Source of the DNA: Fonticula alba
Taxonomy: Eukaryota
Length of the DNA: 56,649 nt
Direction: 5' to 3'
Assembly: GCF_000388065.1 (NCBI RefSeq)
Contig: NW_009242980.1
Location: 1,487 to 58,135 of the forward strand
A program made the position numbers and the translations under genes. This document shows positions 22,168 to 34,300 of this stretch, one piece after another (position 1 is the first letter of the stretch; every line of letters starts with the position of its first letter). The notes below the pieces were generated by a model. It saw nothing but the letters and a program-made list of their open reading frames with translations. It was not told where the DNA came from and searched no databases.

Positions 22168-23343
22168 ATGCATGTCGGCCCTCCGCGAGGCTACATCTCG
22201 CTGTGCGCTTTGTGCCGATGTCGCCGGGTGGCCGGGCCCGCGCCGACCGGCCGACCCCCCCCCCCCCCCCCCCCCCCGGCACGCATCCCCACCCATGTCC
22301 CCGCTGCTGCCCGGGCCGAAGAAGCCCCCACACTCACGTCCCCACCGGGCAGGCATCCCGGCGCGATCCGCCGGCGGCGTATGTGCCCTGCTCGTGGGTG
22401 ACGCCGAGGCCGCTGTCCTCCCGAGAGACCCGCCACCGGCTCGGGCGCCGGGCCCGGGGCCGGGGGACGCAGCACGGCGGGTCGCCTCGGCGCACCGGAG
22501 CCCCTGGTGCAGGTCTGCGCCCCCGAGCATGGGGGCCCGGTCTCCGCAAACACGCCGCCCCAGGAGGGCCCCACCCGGGCCGGCTCCCCTCGCCGTGGCG
22601 CCTGACAGCAAGCCCGCACCGCGGTTTCATTCGTGAAGCACAGACGTCAGCCTGGCTCAAGCCGGCCCCGGGGCGGGGCCTTCGCGCAGGCATACCGGCC
22701 CCCCGGGCGATGGCACATCCTGCCGGGGGCCCCTGCTGAGGGACAGCCGGCCCGCCCGAGCCAGCGGACACGTTCCCCTGCCGGCTGGATCGCCCGGCGG
22801 CCCGCATGCATGGCCCGGCGTCGTGGTTGCCCCGCTCGTCGGCGGGGGCGGTCTTGCTCCGCAGGGGCCAGCGGCCACGGCGAGGCCCTTCTCGACCCTG
22901 GCACGCCATCTCGCCGAGCCAAGCACTCGAGGCGCCACGGCACCATATGAAAGCGCCCACGGGGGAGGCATGTCGGCGTCCAGGCAAGGGCCGTGGCCCG
23001 GGCCACGCTCCGGGACAGGCATCCCTCAGGTGGTGGCCCCCTTCCCAGCCGGACGAGACGAGGCAGGGTCCTGCGCCGGGCATGGACGACTTTCGCCCCT
23101 TGGCACGATGCCAGGAGATGTGGACACACTTTTGTGCACATCGGTGGAGAGGGCGGCCCAAGTGCGCCAAATGCGCCAGCCAGGCGCGGGCCTGGGCGAA
23201 TCTCCGCCGAGAGGCCGCCGCCCAGATCGAGCAGAGCACCGGCGAGCAGGCAAGCGGGGCACACACCAGGCGGCGTGCCAGGCGCGGTTGCTCTCGGCGG
23301 GCAACCTATAAAAGTCCGGCGCCTCCCATACAGTCTAACCGGA

Positions 23344-23417
23344 GGCCCCATAGCTCAGTTGGTTAGAGCGTCGTGCTAATAACGCGAAGGTCGTCAGTTC
23401 GATCCTGGCTGGGGCCA
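23344..23417 (+). tRNA. tRNA-Ile (anticodon AAT)
   Basis: GGCCCCATAGCTCAGTTGGTTAGAGCGTCGTGCTAATAACGCGAAGGTCGTCAGTTCGATCCTGGCTGGGGCCA. It closely matches canonical eukaryotic tRNA-Ile-AAT. A downstream TTTT is present. Confidence 0.9.
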
Positions 23418-23616
23418 CTTCCTTTTGCCGCACCGACGCGCGGCATTGTTTTCCCCCCCCGGCTGCCAGCCGCGAGCAGGCAGAGGGGCACAATACGCCG
23501 GTGGCCGGGTCCGCTGGCTGGAGGCGTGCCCCTCTCCCGGGCACATTATTTTGGATGGCCCTGCGGGCGCGCGGGAGGGCGACATTTCGCCGGCAAAAAC
23601 AAACAAAAGGAAGATG

Positions 23617-23698
23617 CATCACCGGCAGGATTTGAACCTACGCGGGCAGAGCCCATCCGATTTCTAATCGGACTCCTTAACCACTCGGACACGGTGAT
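23617..23698 (-). tRNA. tRNA-Ser (anticodon AGA)
   Basis: The reverse complement reads ATCACCGTGTCCGAGTGGTTAAGGAGTCCGATTAGAAATCGGATGGGCTCTGCCCGCGTAGGTTCAAATCCTGCCGGTGATG. It has the long variable arm and GCCGAGTGGTTAAGG D-loop typical of Ser. A T-rich terminator follows downstream. Confidence 0.9.
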
Positions 23699-24013
23699 AT
23701 GAGGATGAACGGGCCACGGGTGGTACATGTTTGTTTGCACCTGGCCTGCCCATGTGTCTGGTGCTCGGTCGCCCGGCCAAGGGGGATTTACCGCGGAGCC
23801 TGGCGCCGGCCCCCATCGAGCCGCCCCGCGGCTGGTGCCTCCGTGTCGCGAGGCCAGGCCGTGCCCGCCCCGCCAGCCTCATCATCCACCCTTCCGGGGG
23901 GGCTGATTTTCTTCCCCCATTACCCCCGGAGCCGGGGGCGATGCACGGCCGCCCCCCACCCGCCTCAGTCGTACCCAACAAATGGCTCCCGAGCTGCCCC
24001 CTTCAACACCGCT

Positions 24014-24085
24014 GCTCGTTTAGCTCAGTGGTAGAGCGCCAGTCTAGTAAACTGGAGGTCGGGTGTTCGATCCACCCAATGAGCA
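24014..24085 (+). tRNA. tRNA-Thr (anticodon AGT)
   Basis: GCTCGTTTAGCTCAGTGGTAGAGCGCCAGTCTAGTAAACTGGAGGTCGGGTGTTCGATCCACCCAATGAGCA. A TTTCTTTT run follows downstream. Confidence 0.85.
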
Positions 24086-24568
24086 TTTCTTTTGGCCCGC
24101 GGCGAGCATTTCCTTTTCCTCTCTCGGCTCACGCGCTTCGTGGCCCCCTCGCGCGCCCCCTTCTGCCGGCCCAACCAAGCGGGCCTGGTCTGGCAGGCCG
24201 GCGGCGCAAAGACAATCAAACAATCAGAAGGGCCCCCAAACATGCGACGGGGCGCGGCCGGTGTCCCGTGTCTCCTGGTGCGCCCCCCTCCTGCCGGCCG
24301 CGCGGACCCGCACTCCGGCGTGCCAGTCAAGAACCCCGGACGGTGCTCTGCGCGCGTGCGTGCCTCTCTCTCGTGCTCCTCTGTCGCTCCGGTTTGAAGC
24401 GCCTCGTCGGCCGGAGACAGGCGCACCCCTCTCTCCCTCATGGACCGCAGCCCCCTCCTCCTTCCGACGGCGGGCCGCCCGCCCCTCGCCCGGTCCTCCT
24501 CCCCCCCCCCCGGCGGCGGAAGTTGCCACTCTCCTGCCTCGTCAGGGCGGAGGGCAAAAAGGAGAGAC

Positions 24569-24639
24569 TGCGTCGACCGGGAATCGAACCCGGGTCTACC
24601 GCGTGGCAGGCGGCAATTCTACCACTAAACCATCGACGC
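24569..24639 (-). tRNA. tRNA-Gly (anticodon GCC)
   Basis: The reverse complement reads GCGTCGATGGTTTAGTGGTAGAATTGCCGCCTGCCACGCGGTAGACCCGGGTTCGATTCCCGGTCGACGCA, which is near-identical to canonical tRNA-Gly-GCC. A TTTTT run follows downstream. Confidence 0.9.
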
Positions 24640-25314
24640 CTGGAGGGGGTCCCTCCAGGAGGACACAAAAAGCCATGTGGCCTGTTTCTGGCGCCGTCTC
24701 CCGGCTCCGGGTCCAGTTGAGCCCCCTCCGCAGCCTGGCCCGCGGCCGGCGCGGTGCAGCTCCCTCTCCATGCGGCCCTCCCCCGCCCGGCCGCTGTCTC
24801 CACCGCGGAAGTTGTCGCGCCCCAGTCGCCGGTCCCCTCCGCCGACCACCGCCCAGTGGGATCTCCTCGATACATGCGTCCCGGCCTGGACCCACTCGCA
24901 GGCGGTGGCTGTCATCCCACGGCCTGGGGACGTTCCCGAGGGTCACCCTCTCCGCCGCAGCTGCTCTGCAGCCCCGGCCCTGTGAATACGTTCGGCCGGG
25001 CGCTCGACCTGCACCGCCACGCGTGGGGCCACCGCAGGCCAGCTGCCCTGCCCTGTTCGGCGTACATCTGCCGCCAACAGGACTATCCCCACGCCCCAAG
25101 CGGGCACGCCGTCGTCCCGCTTAGGCCATCGGCGATCGATTCCTCCCCCCCCCTGCCGAGCACCGGGTCGCGCCTCTCCGCCGACACCGGCCCCGGTCAT
25201 ACGCCACGCCCCCGAGCCACGCCACGCCCCCCGGGCTGCCGCCCTGTGCCCAGGGCGGTCACTGGGCAGAGAGGAGAGAATTTCCGCCATTCTTTCGTGG
25301 CCCTAGAACAAGAC

Positions 25315-25386
25315 GGTTGAGTGGTGTAATGGTTATCACGGCAGACTCTGAATCTGTCAATCCGAGTTCGATTCTCGGCTCGACCT
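25315..25386 (+). tRNA. tRNA-Gln (anticodon CTG), copy 1
   Basis: GGTTGAGTGGTGTAATGGTTATCACGGCAGACTCTGAATCTGTCAATCCGAGTTCGATTCTCGGCTCGACCT. It is followed by TCTCTTTTAAATATTTT. Confidence 0.9.
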
Positions 25387-25591
25387 TCTCTTTTAAATAT
25401 TTTGCATCACCCCCTGACCTTCCTCCCCCGTGCCCCTATCTCTTTTATTTCTCTCTCCCTCTTTCTCCGTGTTTCTCTGTCCCTTGTCCCCCTCCCCCGC
25501 CCCAACCCGGACCACATCACACCTGCATCAACACAACCCACAGGCAGTCAATCAAAAGCTGTATTGGCAGATCGCGCGGACACTCGCCTCC

Positions 25592-28500
25592 TCAGGCCGC
25601 CACATGCTTCGGCGGGGCGGCGATGCAGTCCAGCATGCGCACGGCCCCCAGCGAATCCGAGGCGGTCAGGTTCAGCAGCACCGACCCCGGGGCCGGCAGC
25701 AGGGCGGCATCGCCAGCTTCCGCCGCCGCCGCCGCCGCCGCCGCGCCGAGGTTCGAGCTCAGCAGGGTCACCTGGTCCACCGACAGGTGGACCACCGGGG
25801 CCAGGCGCGAGCTGGCAAACATGCCCACCGGCTCCAGCCGCGGCATCAGGCCCAGGGGATCGTCGGTGGCCGCCGCCGCCGCCGCCGCGTGCAGCGGATC
25901 AACCACCCGCGACACCCGCACAAACCCATCGGACCCGGCGGTCACCAGCAGGGCCGACCCCAGCACCGGCGGCAGGAACCCCCGCGGGATGTTGGCTTCG
26001 CTCAGCCGGCCCAGGTACAGCGAGTGCTGGCTGTTGGTGCTGCTCGCGGGGGACGGCACGCCCCCCACCGAGGGGGGACCCGCCGCCGCCGCCGCCGCCG
26101 GCAGCTGGGTGTAGTGCTCGGACAGCGACACCCCGCCCAGGAAGACGGCCTTCTCCCAGCACCGGCGCCCGGCCTCGCGCGACAGGTCCCGATGCTCGTC
26201 CGCCGACCAGGTGCCATTGCCACCGTCGGCCGCGGCGGTCTCGGCCAGGAAGGCCACCACCCCGGCCGCCGGCTCCAACGGCGGGGCCAGCTGCCCGGCG
26301 ATGCGGGCCACCGCCGACGAGGCCGCCGCGCTGGAGGCCGCCGCGCCCGGGCCGAGCGGCGTGTCGGCCACCGACCCGGGCACCACGCGCCCGGCCGCCA
26401 GCAGCGCCTCCGGCCGAATGACAGCCACCCCTTGGACCAGGGCCGCGCCATCGTGCGGCCGCCACACGGCCGCCAGCTGGTACACCGGGCGACCGGGGGT
26501 CAGCCGCCCGGTCAGCTGCTCATGCAGCCGGCCACCCAGCCCAGGGCCCAGCAGCAGCGGCGGCAGCCGGGCCGACGGCCGCAAAAGGGCCACCCGCCCG
26601 GCCGCCGTGCCGAGCACCACACTCGGCGGCATCAGCGCCGACACCGAGTCCGGCCGGTGGTCCCCCAGCGTCAGGGCCACCGAGTGCACCTGCGCCGAGA
26701 ACCCATACCGGCGGACATCCCCCGGCACCAGGCACCGGTCCAGCAGGGCCACCTCCTGCACCCAGAGCCCGAAGTGCTTGTCGGCCGCCTCGGCCGCCGG
26801 GGCCCAGGCGCCCGGCACCTCGGCCGCCGGCCGCATCGCAAACAGCACCGCCGACCCCGAGGAAAAGACCACCGCCGCATAGACAAGGCCCACCCCGCCG
26901 GCATGGGCCAGCAGGGCCGCCGCGCGGACCGGCCGCTGGCCATACCGCGTGCTGGCCGGCAGGGCGGCCCCCAGCGAGCCGCCCGGCGGCCCATCGGCCG
27001 ACCCGCCATCGCCCAGCGGCCGGCTCGACTGCAGCCACAGCCGGTGCTGGTTGGCCCGCTCGATGGCCCGCGTCTCGCGCGATCCCAGCACATCCAGGGC
27101 CCGGGTGTGCGTCGAGTCCAGGTACACCAGGTGCAGGCGGCTGCCCGAGCAGGCCAGCGCCACCGGCAGGCCGCCGCCCATGGCCACCGGCAGGTCCACC
27201 GGGCACAGGGCCGTCACCATGGCATCGCCATGCTCCAGCATCTGCAGCAGGACCCACCGCGGCCCGTCGCCGGTGCCCGGGTCCGACTCCTCGGTCTCCA
27301 GGTCCCCGGGCGACCCGTGCACCAGGGCCCACAGGGCCAGGTGACGGCTCGCGTGCGAGGTCAACACCAGGCTGTACGACGGCTGGCAGGCGGGGCACCC
27401 GGCCGAGGCGAAGGACTGCCCCGGCAGGGCGACCATCGCCTGCACCGGGCCCAGGCCGCCCTCCGGCGCCGGCGCGGTCACCGCCCCCGACAGGGCCGGC
27501 AACAGCTCCTCGCCGGCCAGCGCCCGGAACGAGAAGAGCTTGGCCGTGTCCAGGTCCGCTGGCTGGCCAACCCGCCGGAGGCGCCGGGCCAGCACGGCCC
27601 CGGTCCCGGCATCGCGCACCGTCCACCGGACCACCCCGCCCAGGCACCGGTCCACCGGCAGGTAGGGATCCGCGAAGGCCGACACCGTGGCATGCTCCTC
27701 CACCAGGAACCCGCCAGCTGGCAGGTGGTGATACGGGCTCGCCTGCCAGCAGCCCGACTGCCGGCAGGCCATGACAGGCATCGCACGCGCCCGGTGCGCC
27801 ACCGTGGCCGAGCACAGCACCGAGTGGCCAAGGGCCGCGCTCGACCCGGGCAGCGACTTCGGGCTGGCCCCGGCCCGGGGGGCCTCGGCCGATGGCCCGA
27901 GAAGGGCCGCCGTCTCGACCGGCGGCAGGCCGCCCGCCGCCGCGGCCGCCGCCGTGGCCGGGCCATTCGGCACCGGGCCCCAAAACACCGACCGCCCATC
28001 GACGCCCGTGGTCAGGAAGGCCCCCAGGGCCCCGGTCGGCGAGTGGATCGCCACAATCGGCCCCGTGTGCAGCCGGGCCTTCAGCGGCACGGCCGACGAC
28101 GACGATCCGCCCGCCTGGCGCGCCACCGCCGCCTGCGCCATTTCCAACGACGGCATGGCAAATGGCCGCCACACCCGCAGGGCGCCATCGCCCTCGGTCC
28201 CGACGAACACCAGGCCCCCGGGCATGAGGCTGCCCTCGGCGGTGCCCAGCGCATCGGCCAGGGCACACACGCGCCCGGCCGCCGCCCCGCCCGGCGCCGG
28301 CAGCATCGTCAGCGGCGACAGCTCCGACGACAGGACCTGCACCGCCGACCCGTGGGCCACCAGCCGGTGGCCCACGGCCAGATGCAGCACCGGCGCATCG
28401 CCATCGCTACGCGACGCCAGGCACTGGCCCAGCGGCCCGGCACCGGCGGCTGTGCCGCCGGACCGGCCGCCACCGGCGCCGGCCGTCCCCATGCCGACCG

Positions 28501-30148
28501 GCAGATGCGCCTCGGCCAGGGCACCCAGCGACAGGGTTCGCTCATGCGACCCGTCGTACAGGCTCCCGGCCATGTCCACCGTGACCAGGGCCGCGTCGGC
28601 CGGGCGCCCGGGCCGGGCGCCCGGCCCGGCCGCCAGCAGGGCCACCCCGGCCAGCGACGAATCCGACACCGGCACATGCCGGACCCAGGAGGCGAAATTG
28701 TGCCGCGTCGCCTTCAGGCCCCGGTCCACCGGCAGCAGGGTGCACACCCCGCCGGTGGTCCCCAGCGCCAGGACCCGCCGCACCGGGCACAGGGCCACCG
28801 CCATGTAGCGCCCATGCTCCGGCACGAAGTCCACCTGGAGCTCCGGCCCGGCCGGCGCCACCGGGCTGTAAAAGTGCAACTGGTCAATGCACTTGCAGGA
28901 GCGCGACACCGCCGGCCGCGGCGCATGGCCAAACACCGCGGCCGACCCATCGCTCAGGACCAGCGCCAGCACCGGGACATTCGGGTCCCCCACGGCCGAG
29001 GCCATGGTGCCGGCCCCGGCCGAGGCCACCACCTCCAGCCCGGTCTCGATGAAGGCCGAGGCCACGGCCTCCCGGCTGGCATGCGTCTTGCCGGGGATGC
29101 TGACAAAGCGCCGAACCGCGCAGAACCCCAGCCCCTGGCCCGAGTCCACGGCCCACACCTCCAGCAGGCCATTGGCCAGGACCGCCAGGAAGAAGTGCAG
29201 CGTCGGCACCGGCTCCGGGTCCTTGGCCCGGCGCGCGTTGGGCTGCATCAGCTGCCCGGCGGCCCCGGGCGTCAGCGCATGCAGCCCGACCACGGCCCCG
29301 CGCAGGGGCGCCACCGACCCGCCGGTCATCGGGTCCGTCACGCCGGACGCCGCGCTGGCCGCGTCACGCGGCGCCTGCCCCGGCTCCAGCTCATTGGCCG
29401 CCATCTGGTTCATGAAGATGTTGGCCGTTTCCCCGAGCGGGCTCTCATGGCTCAGGCGACTGCTGTGCCAGCCGCCCTCCTCGGTGGCCCGGACAAGGTA
29501 GAGCGTCCCGGCCCGGGTGCCGGCCACCAGCACCGGCCTCGAGGAGGAGGAGGAGGAGGAGGAGGAGGAGGAGAAGCCGCCACTGTCGCCGGGCTGCTCG
29601 ACATCCAGTCGCAAGAGCACCGTCGCCGGGGACTTGAGCGACGTGGCGAACTCCACCGTGCCCAGGGGCCCGGGGATCGGCAACGACGGCGCCGCAAAGT
29701 CCCGGAAGACCCCGGGATCCGTGCTGCCGCCAGACACGCCGCCCGGCATCACGGCCCCGCCGCCGCGGCTGTACACCATCCGGCCGGACCCGAGGGATGC
29801 CCGCCGGCCGCCGGTCGGCGCCGGCGCACCCCGCAGCGACACCCCGGCCATGGTGCTCAGCCCGGGCACGCGGAGAAGCGACCCGTCACGCAGGGCAAAG
29901 GCCAGGCTGCCCCAGGCGCAGAACCGCGCCCCGGCAATCGGGCTCAGCGGCACGGTCGAGCTGAAGCACAAGGCCCGGTACACGGTCTTCTCGAAGTCCC
30001 GCGACAGGAACGACCAGCGAGGGGCCCCGGGCAGCCGGGAAAACAGCGACACGCTGCCATCCGCATGCACCGCCAGGAAGTACAACTCCGACGGGTGCAG
30101 GGCCACCGAGAGGACCGCCTTGCGGAAGCTCACGGACCAGGTGGAAGT
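25592..30148 (-). CDS. TEP1-like protein, C-terminal exon carrying the WD40 repeat region (about 1518 codons, including the stop).
   Basis: A continuous 1513-aa ORF with many WD-type blades (LAVHADGSVSLF, LGTTGGVCTLLPVD, VTAGSDGFVRVSRV, LVLSDGSAAVFGH), interspersed with Ala/Gly/Ser-rich loops. A GCGCAG acceptor lies at plus 30149-30154 (reverse-complemented). The exon joins in phase 0 to the upstream exon. Confidence 0.65.
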   Translation of the reverse strand, partial: TSTWSVSFRKAVLSVALHPSELYFLAVHADGSVSLFSRLPGAPRWSFLSRDFEKTVYRALCFSSTVPLSPIAGARFCAWGSLAFALRDGSLLRVPGLSTMAGVSLRGAPAPTGGRRASLGSGRMVYSRGGGAVMPGGVSGGSTDPGVFRDFAAPSLPIPGPLGTVEFATSLKSPATVLLRLDVEQPGDSGGFSSSSSSSSSSSRPVLVAGTRAGTLYLVRATEEGGWHSSRLSHESPLGETANIFMNQMAANELEPGQAPRDAASAASGVTDPMTGGSVAPLRGAVVGLHALTPGAAGQLMQPNARRAKDPEPVPTLHFFLAVLANGLLEVWAVDSGQGLGFCAVRRFVSIPGKTHASREAVASAFIETGLEVVASAGAGTMASAVGDPNVPVLALVLSDGSAAVFGHAPRPAVSRSCKCIDQLHFYSPVAPAGPELQVDFVPEHGRYMAVALCPVRRVLALGTTGGVCTLLPVDRGLKATRHNFASWVRHVPVSDSSLAGVALLAAGPGARPGRPADAALVTVDMAGSLYDGSHERTLSLGALAEAHLPVGMGTAGAGGGRSGGTAAGAGPLGQCLASRSDGDAPVLHLAVGHRLVAHGSAVQVLSSELSPLTMLPAPGGAAAGRVCALADALGTAEGSLMPGGLVFVGTEGDGALRVWRPFAMPSLEMAQAAVARQAGGSSSSAVPLKARLHTGPIVAIHSPTGALGAFLTTGVDGRSVFWGPVPNGPATAAAAAAGGLPPVETAALLGPSAEAPRAGASPKSLPGSSAALGHSVLCSATVAHRARAMPVMACRQSGCWQASPYHHLPAGGFLVEEHATVSAFADPYLPVDRCLGGVVRWTVRDAGTGAVLARRLRRVGQPADLDTAKLFSFRALAGEELLPALSGAVTAPAPEGGLGPVQAMVALPGQSFASAGCPACQPSYSLVLTSHASRHLALWALVHGSPGDLETEESDPGTGDGPRWVLLQMLEHGDAMVTALCPVDLPVAMGGGLPVALACSGSRLHLVYLDSTHTRALDVLGSRETRAIERANQHRLWLQSSRPLGDGGSADGPPGGSLGAALPASTRYGQRPVRAAALLAHAGGVGLVYAAVVFSSGSAVLFAMRPAAEVPGAWAPAAEAADKHFGLWVQEVALLDRCLVPGDVRRYGFSAQVHSVALTLGDHRPDSVSALMPPSVVLGTAAGRVALLRPSARLPPLLLGPGLGGRLHEQLTGRLTPGRPVYQLAAVWRPHDGAALVQGVAVIRPEALLAAGRVVPGSVADTPLGPGAAASSAAASSAVARIAGQLAPPLEPAAGVVAFLAETAAADGGNGTWSADEHRDLSREAGRRCWEKAVFLGGVSLSEHYTQLPAAAAAAGPPSVGGVPSPASSTNSQHSLYLGRLSEANIPRGFLPPVLGSALLVTAGSDGFVRVSRVVDPLHAAAAAAATDDPLGLMPRLEPVGMFASSRLAPVVHLSVDQVTLLSSNLGAAAAAAAAEAGDAALLPAPGSVLLNLTASDSLGAVRMLDCIAAPPKHVAA

Positions 30149-30216
30149 CTGCGCACGGGTGTCGGGCCAGCACAGGCACGATGGGGGAAGTGGTCAGCAG
30201 GGAGCGATCGAACAAG

Positions 30217-30312
30217 CGAGCTGAGCAGAGAGGGCGAGCTGAGCAGACAAAGCGAGCTGAGCAGACAAAGCGAGCTGAGCAGACAAAGCGAGCTGAGCAG
30301 AGAAGGCGAGCC
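30217..30312. repeat. 18-bp tandem repeat (GAGCTGAGCAGACAAAGC, about five units) inside a TEP1-like intron.
   Basis: Direct reading of the sequence. Confidence 0.8.
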
Positions 30313-30355
30313 AAGCAGGAAGCGAAGGCAGCAAAAAGGGCGTACCATCGTGCGC

Positions 30356-31233
30356 AGGTCCAGGAAGTGCAGCGAGCCCCAGGTGCCGACCAGGGCCCCG
30401 GGCGACCGCCGCAGCGGGACCATGCAGCTCACCGGCGGCGGGAGGTTGTTGTCGGCCACCTGGAGCAGCGACCGTGGCGGCGGCCCGGAGGGGGTCCACA
30501 CCGTGGCGGCGGCCGCGGCCGTCGGGGCGTCGTCCCCGCCGCCGGCCGCCGCCCCGGCGTCATCATCATCGCCGCGCGCCCCGTCGGCCCGGCCCCCAAG
30601 CAGCGACCGCGACAAATGCTGCAAGGCCCCGGCACACAGGTCCGCCAGGGGCCAATGGAACAGCCGCCCATCGAGGCCGGCCGTCAGGAGCCCCGCACCG
30701 GGCCCATCCCCAGTCGGGCCATCCGCATGCAGCAGCAGCCCGCTGACCGCCAGCGAGTGGGCCTGGAAGGCGCTCAGCAGCCGGCAGTCGAAGGTGTTGC
30801 TCGGGCTGCCGGCCGAGTGGGCCCCGGACAGGGAGCCGCCGGGCCCGGACCCGCGTCGGAGAACACCGCCCCGGTGCAGGGCCTCCCCGCCGCCCCGGGG
30901 CCCGGACAGCACGTGCTCCGGCACCGGCGCATACACCAGCGACACCGAGCCGTCCTTGGTGCCGACGGCCAGGACGACACCCTCAAAGTGCCGGCCCATG
31001 GCCGCCTGCATGGCCGACGAGGTCAGCGATGCCAGGGACCCGAGCTTGGAGGCGCCGCCGGCCGCCGCCGCCGCCGCCATCGACGAGTTGGCCAGGCTGG
31101 AGGCCACCACCAGCGACCGGAAGGCCCCCAGCGGCAGGACGCACACCGCCGAGGGGGCCAGCGTGCCGGACCCCATCAGCCGGAAGCGCGACAGCGTCAG
31201 CCCGGTCTCCAGGCAGAGGATCTCGATGGAGAG
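30356..31233 (-). CDS. TEP1-like protein, internal exon holding the first WD40 blades.
   Basis: The peptide contains VVLAVGTKDGSVSLVYAPVP and LLTAGLDGRLFHWPL. A GCGCAG acceptor lies at plus 31234-31239 (reverse-complemented), and an ATG|GTACGC donor at plus 30350-30355. The intron 30149-30355 contains an 18-bp tandem repeat. Confidence 0.55.
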
Positions 31234-31358
31234 CTGCGCCCGGCGGTGGCCATCGCGCGAGGTGGGGAGCAGTCAGTACAACAAGGCCAGGGAAAAAAAA
31301 AAAAGAAGGACATCCCACACACACACGCAGGCGCCCGGACCCGGCGCCAGGCACGTAC

Positions 31359-34300
31359 ATCGCTGTAGCAGAGGATGCTGATGCGCGCGGCGCCCGGGGC
31401 CGCGCTCGCGGCCAGCAGCTGCGCCGCCGCCGACGAGGGAGCCCCCGCATCATGCCCCGGCGCCGAGGCGAGCGCCACCGGGAACTGCGGATCCCCGGTG
31501 GCCGGCGGCCAGACCGCCGAGCACGTCACCGACGCCGGGCTCGAGGACAGAACCAGCGGCCGGCCGCCGCGGGCCGCCGCCGGGGCCGCCCGGTCGGCCT
31601 CCGCCAGGGCGCGCGGCGCGAACCACGCCCGGCCAGCGCGCAGCCGGCCAATCAGCCGGCCAAAGCCCGCGGACCAGGCCGACCGCGGCAAATTCGACAG
31701 ACACAGCTGGAACACCAGCCCCGGTTCGGCCAGCAGAGCCGGCACAAAGGGCCGCACCACCGCCCCATACAGCACCGGCAGCCGGGCCGCATAGGAAGTC
31801 GGCTGCCCGGGCCCGAGCCCGGCCTCCACCCGCCGGACCCCGGCCGCATACTGCACCAGCAGGAAGGGCAGCAGCCGGGCCACGGTGGCACATGCAAAGA
31901 ACCCGGCATCCCCGAGCAGGCGCCAGGCCCCGGCATGGGCCCCGGCCGCGGTCAGATGCGGCAGCGCCAGGCGCAAGGCCCGCGCATCCAGCGCCGCCCC
32001 CGGCACATCGAAGGCATCCACCGTGGCCAAGGCCCGCCGGAGGAAGTGCCCGCCCAGCAGCCGGTGGGCCGCGCGGCGCTGGCGCTCCCGCGGCATGTAC
32101 CGCTGCGCCAGCACATGCACCACGGTGACCGGCGCGAAGGACAGCTGGAACAGCGGGTCCGGCCCATCGACCACCCGCACAAACAGCCCGCGCAGGGTCG
32201 ACGACAGCATCGACCACACGGCGTACGGCAGCCGGCCGGTGGCGCTGGCGCCGCCGACGCCGCCGACGCCGACGCCGGCACCCGCCGGCACCGGCAGCAG
32301 CAGCGCCCCCGCGCGCTGGCACAGCCCCGGGAAGGCCCCGCCCAGCAGGGCCAGCATCTCCGACTCGTACACCCCCCCGGGGGACACGCACAGCAGGCTG
32401 ATCGCCAGCCCGAGCAGCTGCTCGCCCAGCGACCCGGCGGCCGCCCCGTCCGAGGGCCCGGCCAGCCCGGCCAGCGAGTCGCGCATGCTGGCCTCGGCCC
32501 GGCGCAGGGCCCAATCCACCAGCTGCCACAGGCCGGCCTCCGGCATGGACCGGACCACGGCCGTCAGGCGCCCGGGCAGGTCCGCCTGGGCGATGCCCGC
32601 CCGCCGGGCCGCCACCAGGGCACCCGGCCCGGCCCCGCCGGCCGCATCCAAAAACGAGAAGGACCCCCGCTGGAGGAGCTCATCGCACGCCAGCGCCAGG
32701 AACAGCGGCGACCCGGCACCGGGCTTGGCCACCAGCAGGTCCAGGTCCGACGGCTCGGCCCCGGCATCGCCCGGCCCCAGGCGCTTGTAGAAGCGCCCCA
32801 AGCGCCGGGCCACGAAGTCCGCCCGCTCGGCCGGCGCCAGCTCCCCGACGAAGAGCACCGCCCCGGCCAGCAGGACACTGGTCAGGTCGGTGGCCCGCTG
32901 CAGCTCGCCGATCATCTGGCTCACCTGCGACGCGGACATCGAGGCGCTGGGGTTGCCGCCGGCAGGCCCGGCCGAGGCCGCGCCCCCGGCCCCGCCGAGG
33001 ACCAGCGACCGGCTGGTCTCCAAGTGCCGCTGCGAGAAGACCGGATGCCAGTGGGAAATGGACGCCAGCGCCCGGCCGAGCGGCGGACCCGTCGGGCTTT
33101 GCCCCGGTCCGGCCCCCGGGCCCGGGCCCTGCGCATGGAAGGCGAAGGCCGCCTGCCCGGCGCCGGCCATGCGCCCGCGATCGGCCACCGCACCGAGCCC
33201 GGTCACGATCGCGGCCGCCGGCGCGCCGCCCACAATGGACGGGCTCAGCACCGGGCCCGGCGCCGTGCAGGTGATCACCACCCGCACGCGATCCGTATTC
33301 AGGGCCACCACCCACCGGAGCCAATCGGTGGACAGCCCGCCGGACGGCGGCGGCGGCGGCGACGACGCCGAGGCCGAGGGCCCCGCATCGCCCTCGCCCT
33401 CGCCCGGCGCCGCGACCTCCGGCACATCGAACACATGGTCCAGGCCGTCCAGCACCAGGACCAGCCGCCGGGACTGGGCCACGGTCTCCACCTGCCGCGA
33501 CACCAGGTGCACGCTCTCCCCGAGGGTGCTATAGGTGTCGGTGAGGGCCACCTGCCGGAGGTCCTCCGCGTGCAGGAACTGCGGGAAGGCCCGGACCAGC
33601 GATTGCGACAGGCGCCGGAGGATCAGATGCGGCTCGGCCGCCTGCAGGGAGGCCCCGCAAAAGTGCGTCCACACGAAGGGCCGGTCCGCGGCGTCGGCCG
33701 GCCCATGCTCCGGGCCCCCGGTCGAGGGGTCCTCATCCGCCAGCAGCAGCGACCCCTCCCGGTGCCCGGCCAGCAGCAAGTGCGACAGGAGGGCCGTCTT
33801 GCCACTGCCCGAGGGCCCGGTCAGCAGGAGGGGATTCATCGGCGGCATCAGCGGCGCGCCAGCCACCGCAGGGCCGGATGCCACCGGCTGCGACTGCTCG
33901 GCCGCCGAATGGAAGTGCACAAAGGCCCCCAGCCGGGCATGCGCATCCGGCCGGCTGACAAACAGCCCGCCCTCGGCCAGGGCATTCAGCGACAGGAGCC
34001 CCCGGTGAAGGGCCCCCTCGGAGGCGGCGGCCTCCATGGCGCCCCCCCCGGCCAGCGCGTCCACCGCCTGCAGCAGCGGCAGCTCCTCGGCCGGGGCCGC
34101 GTCAAAGTGCCCGGCCAGGGCCGGGTCCGTGCGCAGGAGCTCCCACAGCCGGTCGACCAGCGCCCGGCGGAAGTGCCCGAACAGCGCCGCCGCCGAGGCC
34201 GCCATCTGCCCGGTCTTGGCCGAGTAGGCCCACACATCGGAGAAGTTGTACTCGAAGGCGGTCACGCGGTCCGGGGCCGCGGCCGCGGCCTGCGCCACCG